A stretch of 64,000 nt of DNA from Paraspadella gotoi (Eukaryota > Animalia > Chaetognatha): contig JBJCIZ010000040.1 of NCBI GenBank assembly GCA_051294375.1, forward strand, positions 1 through 64,000. Direction: 5' to 3'. How positions within the stretch are numbered: the stretch's first letter is position 1; each line of letters starts with the position of its first letter. The notes under the pieces were generated by a model. The model searched no databases. It saw only the letters and a program-made list of their open reading frames with translations, and was not told where the DNA came from. Below, in pieces: positions 51,601-62,034 of this stretch. The position numbers and the translations under genes are program-made.

Positions 51601-54600
51601 ACTTTCATAAACAATTCCATTGGATGGATATGCGCGTATACATATCGATGGGATATCCATTGCAGCCACTTGGCTTGGATGCAAGAACAAAATATAATCT
51701 GATGGTGATACATGCATGTAAGACATTCCAGGCTGTTTTGGAGGACCATCGTTGGATAGTACATAAACCTGATTTGACCCCCTAGAATAAAGCAAAACAG
51801 TATAATAATATGCTATTTGGGTTTGAAACTGTTATCATAAATATTCCCTTCATTGTAGATAATATTTTATAATTCCAAAATGTTATTTGAATAGTTGAGT
51901 ATTAAGCACCCCTATCTTGTGCTAAAAACATTAGTGTTTTCAATTTAAAAAAATATTTGGATTGCCCACTTGGTCAAGAAAATTCGTTTCTAGAAAAATT
52001 TAGCTGAATTCTTTTTTTTTTTGCGATGCATAGAAATTAGTAAAGGTAGATGAAAACATAATATTACGTTTTGAAAAAAAATGGAAAAAAAGAGAATAAG
52101 CTGGCGAGCAGAATAAAAGTGGGCAAAGTGGCGAGTAGATGGGCTTATAGCAACCAGCCATTCTTTTTACAGATGAGTGTTAATAACAAACATAGTTTAG
52201 GCAAACAATGGTCGGGATCTGCTGCTGCAAGCGGGTTAATCAGCTAATCATGATGGAATAGAATCACGATAATTTCTTTCGAATTTTGTAATCATGGAGA
52301 CAGATGCGTACCATACTAGTGGCTGCGCTAATACATTGTAAGATCGCTTCCAGATAGGGATGAAACGTGAACTGGTTAGTATAGGTAGAACATAATTGGT
52401 ATAAATAGAAGGGTGCAAGATATTTTTTTAGGATAAGTATTGATGTTTTGTAGACTGTGCATAATTTGTGTTAAATTTGCATAATTTTAAGACTAGGATC
52501 GATTTTTTTAAACTTGCCATATGTTTTTTTTAATACGTTGCATCATTCTTTTCAACTTCGAATCATTTTTTTTTAACTTGGCCATAATTTTTTGGCAGGA
52601 CGTAGCGATCATTTCTAAAGCTTGCATCCATTTTTTTAAGTTTGCATCAGTGTTTTGTCAAGATGGTACATTCATTTTGCACTTTAAATTTACGATTTTA
52701 CATTAAACGTTAACGATTAGTAATTTGAAGTTAATCTAATGACTGATTGTAGTTGAGTAAGGCAGTAAATAAATAAAAGTTTTCAAGTTAACGTGTGAGC
52801 TGTTGGGTTGTTTTCCTGAGTGAGAAGCTTTTCGATTGTTCACTGGCGCTCCATGTGCCAGTCCGAAACTTGGTATATCAAGCTTCGTAAGAATTAGGGT
52901 AAAAAGAGTTATGGGAATGGTGTGTTTATGTGTTTTTTCATTATAAACTTATTTTCTCACGTGCATGATTTCCGATACAAAGACGTTGATGTCGAGTCAG
53001 GTCAGTCACACACTTTCACTACCCAGCACCACAAAATTTTTATTTCAATCCAGTCCAGTTCCAACCCAATGCCGGCCAATGGCGCCCTACAAACAACATA
53101 TGCCTTTTTAAACTTGCATCATTTTTTCACCACTTGGTATCTCATTTTTTTTCGATATTGGGATGGGACTATACTGATGGACTGATAGAGAAAGACATGT
53201 GCCAATTATTGAAAGAAAAAATATTTTCATTAAGTTTGATGTTCAAAAGAGCAGAAATTAATGATAAATTATAAATAAATACAATAGATGGGGCAGTAAT
53301 GATCGACACAGAACTACTTATGTGAAAATTTATGGAGTCCCAAAAAAAAAAAACAAACAAAAGTAAAGCTATCCATCAAGAGTTTTTGTAATTTCATGAT
53401 CGAGACATTACAATGCTAGTTCCACATCGTGAGAATAATTGTTTGTTTGTAGATTGCCTCAGATGAACTCACGTTGTTTGAGTAAAGGGCTGATGCCGTT
53501 TGCAGTAATGAGAGAGTGCAGCAAAACTTTTTATATATTCTATGCTCAATCACACACTTTTCTCACCCGACACACAAGATTCATTTCGATCAAGGTTATG
53601 ATCTAAAAACGCTATATTAATGAAAAAATATGAGTAAAAAGGCAAATAGACGGAAAAAATTAAACAAAACAAGACGTTAGCGTAATTTTACAGCTTGCGC
53701 TGAACCACTACTAATTGCTCATGCCACGTAACAAGGTTTATCTTCAGGTCCAATGCGTCGGATGATGGTCATTGTCTTGCTGACCCTTAGGGTCGCAAAA
53801 GTAGAGAAGGCTTTCGGTCGTCGTCTTTTCGTCGTTGTATTTGTCGTCTTTTTGTTTATGCGTCGCGTCGTTTTTGCGCTGAACTATTTGGAGCTATCTC
53901 AAATCACGAATAATTGGTTTAATGCTAATGCTGGGACGGACTTAAAGTACTGATATTATACATTAATTAAATTAATTAATGTAATTATGTTTTTATAATG
54001 TGAATTAAAAAATTAAAACCAATCGCCTTACTCTTGTATTCTTACTTATGTTTAAAGATTGTTCATTAGATGAATTAAGATAAAATTTTGCGTGTGGGTA
54101 GAAAACGTTGTGGCAAGTGAAAGTGAGTTTTAAGGGGAAAAAACCCAAATAGTTCACATTTACTTGGAATTTTTTTTAAAAAATTTTTCTCACTCCTTGT
54201 CTCTCTTTCTATTTTCTTACCAGTGATGAAATTAATAATTAGCTTGATTGCTTGAAGTTGATTTGTGTGGACCCAAGGATGTATTGACAATTTTGAGCCA
54301 GAGTGTATAAAGGTTAACCAAATTATGCCCATGTTGAGCGTAAATTATTTAAGAAAAAAGATGGAACTAAATGTTATGCGGCAGTGACGAGAATTGTGGT
54401 GAGTTGACCAAATTATGAAAGTTTACCAGAATTGATATCAGGACAATTATTCTTACCAAATTATGTGAGTTGACCAAATCTATATCAGGTCTGACCCAAA
54501 CTTCTATGTCCTATTTGCTACTCAAATCAGTGAAAGCTGTAATCCAAATATTGTATGGAAAGTGTTAACCAAATTAGTGCCCAATTGATCTAAGATAAAT

Positions 54601-57124
54601 CAAAAATTATCTAAATCTATGCTCAGGTTTGACGCACGAGATATAGATAGTTGACCGAAGATGTTATGATAAGTTGACCAATTTATGAAAGTTTGGACGC
54701 ACAAGGTTAGTGAAAAGTTTGCCAAATTAGTGTATCAGGTTGACCAGAGATGTAGTATCAGTTGAGCCCATGACATTTATGTGCCAGGTTGACCAAGAAT
54801 TTAGTGTCATTTTGAGCCNNNNNNNNNNNNNNNNNNNNNNNNNATCAGTTGACCAATTATATCAGTTGACCAAATTATGTCATGTTGACCAATTATGTCA
54901 TTTGACTAAATTATGCCAAGTTGACCAAATTATGGCATATTGGTGTGTGACGGCTAGCTATTGTTCAATGATTGATTAATTGAAGAGAAAATTATTATTT
55001 TTATTTTATATATATTTATTTAATAAAAGATGAAAAAAGAAAAGAGATAGAGAAAGAGATTAGCAGAGGGAGAGAGAGCAGAGGAGGAGGGATGAGCAGA
55101 AATAGGAGTGGAAGAGAGAGCCGTCTTCCAGTGGGGCAGGGAAAATTCATCCCACTTGGGGCGCTGGCCCCAGAGGGAAAGCGTTTTTTTAGCCCGCTGG
55201 GGGATTCCCCTGGAGTGCCCCCGTGGGCGCCCATAAAAAGCAGGCTACTGGGGGCCGCCCCCAAGCAAGTAATCTAATTTGAGCTTGCCCCTAGCAGCGC
55301 CCCTGGGTGGCACTGGCGATTCTGAAAGGGATGACATACCTTGTTTGACTTTGCCAAATTCCTGAACCGCGACTTTCTCCATGTTGAAAAACATGCATTT
55401 CCAGCTCTGTCTTTCCTTCTGTAGAGCAGCCATCATGGGATTTGAGAGAAAACTCACGCATTGGCAGCTTCGTAATCTGGCAAACTATTGTCACGTTTCA
55501 TTGCTGCCATCCTCGATGGAGAAATGAGACGTGAAAAGTCGTGCGTCGAATGTGGGCATATCACCTTTACCGTGTTGTTTTTCTCCTTCTGCTTCTCACC
55601 AGCGTGTGTTGAGGCGGCCGTTGTAGACGACCTGTCCCGTATTTTCATGTCTTGCGACGGGGTAGAGGCTCAACGATTGGATTATTAAATAATTACAGCA
55701 GCATTCGATGCAGGAAGAAAAGCACACCACTGCTGGCTTTTTTCTACTTGGTCATCTTCCTCTCGACTTACCTGCCAACACCTTGAGCTTTCAGTAACAA
55801 TCCTCCGGCGTTTCGTGCATTTTCTCGCATCTCAACTGCCTCTCTGCCAAGGAACAATTTCTGTCCTAACTTGAGCCTGCGTGGTTTGGCGTCTCGTTCG
55901 GGCTCATTCGGCGGCCGTAGAACAATTGGTCAAGCACCGATCGAGCGGGAAATTCATTATCCAACTGAGTTTCATTCTGCAAGAGATTGCAGAGAATTTC
56001 CTGCTGCCGCGTCACCATCAATTGGAACGATGAATCCCCACTCTCTTCAGCAATGGGATGTTCAGGGAGTCGGGGCTGATAGGCTATTACCAAAAAGGGC
56101 ACAATCCCTGCCGGGAGAAATCCTCTCAAACATCAGAACGTCACAGAGCGCAACGACTAAAACGCTGCTCACCTCCTAGATTCATTTTAAATTATGCGCG
56201 ATTAGTATATAACTCATAAACTTTCCATGTTTTGTTTTTGGCGCGCTACACAGCTTCAAATCAATTGCCATTTTTGTTCTCTTCCATTTATGGGCTCAGA
56301 CATATTATTCTTAGCACCAATACCAATTAGAATAATAATCTCACGCGGCGAATAAACAAATGACGAGACGCAGTGATAAATTCGTTCTTATCTTGATGGA
56401 CTGTGTGAAAGAAAACCCCGGCACACTAATTTTCTCCCATTTCTATCTTGCCGCGATTGATAAATACAATACCCCGGGCCGGTTACAGACTGAATGGTCA
56501 CGAAATCTCCCAATAAGCTAGAGTTAATTAGGGCGCTTTGCTCTTTGGCGCTGAACTTCAGCTCTTGACACCAGACTTCGAACTTCAGCTTAATGCCCAT
56601 CTTCTGGCTTCAGCTCAATAGCTCAACTTCGGCTGTATCAGCCTAACTTCGAATCTTGCGCTAAAAGTTAGAGGTTAGCTCGCTCACCTGCCACCGAGAC
56701 TGACGTGTAATCACCAAGGACGCAATCACCAGCCAGATGTATTAAATATCAACTTAGTTAATGGTACTCTCCTGGCAATCCTATCAGCGACAACCACTTA
56801 CTACGTTCAACAGAGTATATAGCCATAATGTACAACAGTAGAAGGAGAAGTTTAATACCTAAATTAATTTAAATACTTATTATCATTATAACTATGCATT
56901 TAAACTATCATTTAAACTTACATCTACGGCTTCCCGTAGACTAAGTGACATAATTTCACATAATTAAAGAAAAGAAAAATAATTCAAATCTCAGTCGGCT
57001 CCGTGTCCTCGGCACCGCGTCTCCTAAATCCCTATGCCCGGATTCTTAGCGCCAGTTTGCTTAATCGGCGTCCCGGCGCTATGCCAGCGGCGCCGCATCG
57101 TGCCGTCTTATTATACAATGGACA

Positions 57125-57266
57125 TTAATTTTTTTTGCCATATTTATCATAATTCGATGTTCTGACATGATATAAGTGAATGTCCGACAATATTGAGGGG
57201 GCGGACCGACGACTGACAATGTGAATTATAGAGTCGGGATCTTCTAATAAGCAGATCCGACTAAAA
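57125..57266 (-). mobile_element. HINE-like 5' end
   Basis: Near-identical to 9505-9646. Confidence 0.75.
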
Positions 57267-57375
57267 ACTGAATAAATTTTGTGTAGCATTAGATTGCATC
57301 TGGAAATCATAGAACACATTTTTACCGGGAAATTTTAAAAAAAGTATGTCAATTACAGTAAGTTGTTGTGTTGTG

Positions 57376-58171
57376 AGGGTGATTGAACGCGGTACCTAGT
57401 GGTCATAAGCTGATGGCTTTACTAAATGAGCCACCGGGTCACAACTGAAAGAGTCATGCTTATAGGGCGAGGTGAACCTAGCAATGCCCGACTACATGTC
57501 CCCCAAATTGTAACCCACCCTGCACTGCTTCCAGTGGAGGGAGGGGAGCAATCTTCAGCACGTTCATGGGCCTGGAATCGAAGGTTGGAATACGCTCGAC
57601 AGGATGGGCTCACCAGTGTAGATAAGGCGCTAAGTGGGCTGAAGATGACTATCCGTAACTTTCTATAACCCCTCTAGCAGACATGAACAGGTCCTGGGCT
57701 TGGAATCCAGGCTTGAGGGTTTTCCACACCACCAGGGCGGCTTGCGGCATCCTCACTCTTCCCGCAGGGTAGGTACCGGGTTGGATCGAAACCCGATACC
57801 TAGTGGTCATGAGCTGATGGCTTTACTCATGAAGCCACCGGGTCACAACTGAAAGAGTCATGCTTATGGCGGGGTGAACCTAGGGCAATGCCTGACTACA
57901 GTGTAGATAAGGCGCTAAGTGGCAGAAGATTACTATCCGTACTTCTATAACCCCCTCTAGCAGACATGGAAAGCGGTCCTGGGCTTGGAACCAGGCTTGA
58001 GGGTTTGCCACGCCCCAAGGCGCTTACGCCATCTCACTCTTCTCACAGAATGGGTGGATTGAACCCGATACCGAGTGGTCATGAGCTGATGGCTTTACTC
58101 AATGAGCCACCGGGTCACAACTGAAAGAGTCATGCTAAATAGGCGGGTGAACCTAGGCAATCCCGACCACA
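57376..58171 (-). mobile_element. TRIM-B with LTR-LTR-internal-LTR structure and a tRNA-like cassette in each LTR
   Basis: LTRs 57902-58171, 57617-57900 and a truncated ~57376-57496 (TGTAGTC...TTATCTACA); PBS TGGTGAGCCCATCC at 57602-57615; PPT GGGGGACA at 57497-57504; 120-bp internal region. Confidence 0.9.
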
Positions 58172-58886
58172 TATTCACACCGCCTCACGTCCACCATCCT
58201 TCCAGCCAAATCTATTGGCTCAGAGGGGGAACACACCATCCCAGGCGTAGTGTTCCATCCACAGTCCTGACGACTTCCTTCTGCATTGGCAAATCAAGAC
58301 CGTCCTAGGGTAACAGCGCTAGTGACCGAAGGCGTCACTGAGGGTCGAAAGCCCAAGCTAACAGTGAGAGCCCCCATCCCAATGGGCATCACAGCAACCC
58401 GGCTGTTGCCATAAAGTGGTGAGCCCTACTATCGAACACACAACCTTCTCATGGTATGCTACGACAAACACCCTTCCCTGCCAACTTCTAGTATGCTACG
58501 ACAACGCCTCTGCCCTGGGGTATGCATACGACAAATACCTATGCCCCCACAACTCCGCTTCTCTCTCTCTCCCACTATGGTACAAGTCATGTCAACACCT
58601 CTAGGCTTGAGAAACCTGAGTGATGTCTTGGCCCGGGTATCCTGTGCGTGGATATCACAATGCTACGTCCACCATCCTTCAGCCCAAATCCTTGGCTCAG
58701 AGGGGAACACACCATCCTAGGCTAGTGTTCCATCCACATCCTGACGACTTCCCCATTGCAAAGCAAAGACAGTCCTAGGTACCGGCGCAGTGATGACTGG
58801 AGGCGTCACTGAGGACGGAAGCCCCCAAAGCCAACAGTAAGATGCCCCATCCCAATGGGCATCACAGGCAACCCGGCGTTGCTATA
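58172..58886 (+). mobile_element. TRIM-C: ~240-bp direct repeats around a ~240-bp internal region, with A/B boxes in the LTRs
   Basis: Repeats 58172-58413 and ~58653-58886; PBS TGGTGAGCCC at 58417; PPT and TG..CA termini are not clear. Confidence 0.78.
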
Positions 58887-60949
58887 GTATCATATAAAGT
58901 AGAAGATAATCTAAGATAAAGGGAGCCATTATTTAAAGTGGAAAAGAATGAGTTGAATATGTTTAAATCTTAAACTATTCCAAACAGAATTATGGTATAC
59001 AATGTTCAAAATATAAGTAAAAACTAGAAAGATACCTTTTTTGAGGACAATTCCACAAACTTGTACAAAATCAACTGATTGGCAGCCATCTGTTGCATTC
59101 TTGCTAACTGTGCAATTGACAAAATAGTGCAGTTATTCCAACATTAATTGCAAGCGTCAGTTTTAAAAAAATAAAATGACAGACCCACGAGAATTAATCC
59201 ATTTTATGATACTTTAACGAATCTAAAATATCTATGATGTCAAAAGTAAAAGTCATTTAAATGATGATAAAGGTGATGATAAAAAAATATTATCTTGCCA
59301 AAATTCTTGGATCAAGATGCTTGTTCCTTGTGCATTTGATTTTTTTGAAACTAGCTACTCCTTTTAATAGATTACATCTAATGGATATAATTTTGACAGT
59401 ATTTTTTTTAAAAGATTTAAGCAATATTTTGGTAAAAATAAAACAGAAATAAGGAGTAAACAAGGGAATGTTGCAAGGATATTTGAAGATCTACTGGCCA
59501 ATTGTTTTGGCCAAAGATTTTGCCCATAAACTTTCTCTGTGCTCTTCACTCAGTTACCGACTTGTAATAAGCCGATGGTCAGTCATGTCACTGTATGTAC
59601 TTGTTATAAAAAGGTTCAAATTTTTGTATTTTTTCTCAGTCTAATACAAATTTTATTTCATTAAAAAAAGAAAAATGCAAAATTATATAATTAATAATTA
59701 TTTAATCGATATTTAATATACTAGGGTGGGACCATATATTCTACAAATTAATACTTCCAAAATATTTTTGATTGTTATGAGATGAGATTAAACGAAAAGT
59801 ATTCAAACATTTTTTTCCAAACCGCGCGAGAAACCGAGCGTTGTGTTTGTTGCATCAAAAAAAACATATATCAAAGAATTTCAAAACAATCAATATATCG
59901 TCTGAAAGCTAAAAGAGAGTATTATATGAATATTTATTCAGATTTTAAAAATCATTAAGAGCTTTAAAGTCAGGATTTTTTAAAAAGATTTTGATTATAA
60001 AAAGACCATTGATCAAGTCGAAAAGATAATTGTTGATATTTTTTTTTAATTTTTATTATTTCATCAAAAATATATCTTTAAAAAAAGGGGGAGGTTCAGA
60101 CTAAAATTTTAAAAAAATTGATGGTTAGATTAAAAAATAATGAATAAATATTGTGCACTTTAAAAAATGTAAGAATTAACACAAGCCATTAGAAATATTC
60201 ACCTTCGACAAGCTGTCCTTTTCTCAGTGTCCAGAGAAGGTGGCACATGATTTTCCAACTGTCCCATTAGGAATTCTGTCATCTCTGTCACTATTGTTGC
60301 TGTCAGAAAGTCGAAATTCTAGAGGGGATGCGTGGAATTCTGCTTCTCTATCCTATATTTCATTTATCAGGGATTGCAGTCAGAAAAAACTGCGGGACTA
60401 AAGTCAGAAGTCACATCCTTCATCTTGACTTTTGCCAATTTCATAAATTTGTAAGAACATCAAAAGAAGTTTGACAGTTATAAAGAAAACTTTTAATTAC
60501 AGTAGTATGCTGTGGTTTTTCAGACGTGTTTGATATTGATTAAAATAAATTTTAGCCTAGTGTTCCAATTGTACTTTTTTCATCTATCATAAACCGTTTT
60601 TGTGCTCTATAACCATTTATGAGCCGCTTCTGAAAAACTTCCCTTCATGCACTTCTAATTTCTGTTGGAACTCAAACTTTTGCAAATGTGATTGGAAGTA
60701 GTCATTTCGTCCGTGTTTAATCAATAAAACTTTACATATGATTATATTAATTATCATCAATCATCATCTGTATTTTTGTATTAAACCTTTTCTTTCTTAT
60801 ACAGATCACGTGATATGAATTATTCAATAGCCAGTGTCGGGTTTTCTTAATAGTTTATTTGTTTACCATTTATGTCTCCATTCTCCCGTCCATCATCATG
60901 AGCTTAATCATGATTTATTGATGCCTTTGCCGTCCTTACCCTTTTGCTG

Positions 60950-62030
60950 CAGATTGAGCATGTTTACACAAAACTTATTTGATCTCCAATTAACCACTGA
61001 ACCTAACCAAACCGTGTCAAGCTGAATCGAGGGAGCTCTCTACAATAAATACCGCTCATACTGGTGCATCGTGCCAGTTCACGTTTAGTGAGAGAATCCT
61101 TTATGGCATCCCTTTACCATCACTCCCACAAAGGTGTTTGTGCTTCATCATCCTTTCGCCTATCAGATGATCCTGAGGTACTTAAAGTGGTGTACCATGT
61201 TAATTCCATCATCAGCTTTGCCCATTCACTAGGCCACACTTGCTCAAATGGGTTTTGGGATGCTGGGAAGATATCAGCTCCTTTCACATTATTTCCAAAC
61301 GGACGTTGTAGCTAATCCGGCAAGCGTATTGAAGATCTTGTCCCAGCGCTACAATCAGTCTGATCAAGTTTCGCCATCTGCGATCAGTTTTCATAACCTT
61401 GATGGCTCATACCTCGGCCTGATGCAAAGATCAACGGCAAATCTGTGAAGATTCGGTTCGATTTGAACTTACGCGATTGCGCGGCCCACAGTGAACATCA
61501 CGTCCGGAGACCCATTCGACCGTCCTTTCGTAGTCGGAAAGAAGAATTGTGCCTGCTGTCCCTCTTCACGTGGCACACTCCGCAATCCGCTCTGCAAGTC
61601 CGCCCCTGCAGTGCTGAAGGCGCACCCAATTACCTTCCCAAGTCCATGGCAAATCCCCGTTTTTCACGTAATGTGGTCTTGAGCATTTCCATATTGAGCC
61701 TTCCTTTACTTCCTGCGGTACAAGAAAAAGGAGAGTGCTGATCAACTCCTGTGGACGGCAACCTCAGATTTTAGCTCAATGCAGCAATGCTTCAAGCCCA
61801 CGACATCTTTCCTTTCTCTTACAGTTCGGATTCCTCGATGAAGCCTCCTATAACACCTTAGTCTAACCCTGACACTGTGCAAACTTTTTAGAAAGACCTT
61901 TATAACTCTGGAAAACCAAGCTATCCAATTTTAGTCATCATTACAATATTCCATCGTCATCCTATAAAAGTCCTTCGACCTTCCTTTATGGTCCAAGGGC
62001 AAGCTGCAGGCACAACAACCAGGTGTTTTT
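60950..62030 (-). pseudogene. Decayed non-LTR (LINE) reverse transcriptase remnant
   Basis: Motifs in the expected order on the minus strand: GKTPG (~62020), LHRFAVDLCI (FADD-like, ~61440) and GINMVHHFKYL (~61190); many stops and frameshifts. Confidence 0.55.
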
Positions 62031-62034
62031 CCTT

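Noticed and set aside
55450-56170. Gag-like or other coding remnant
   Set aside because: Coding-like but heavily disrupted; only a vague similarity (FYGRRMSPNET), insufficient for a call.
57376-58171. CRISPR-like array or tandem SINE array
   Set aside because: The repeats are LTRs with TG..CA ends, a PBS and a PPT; there are no unique spacers or cas genes.
58267-58310. CTGACGA in TRIM-C LTRs as a hammerhead core
   Set aside because: Neither copy has a properly placed GAAA or paired stems.
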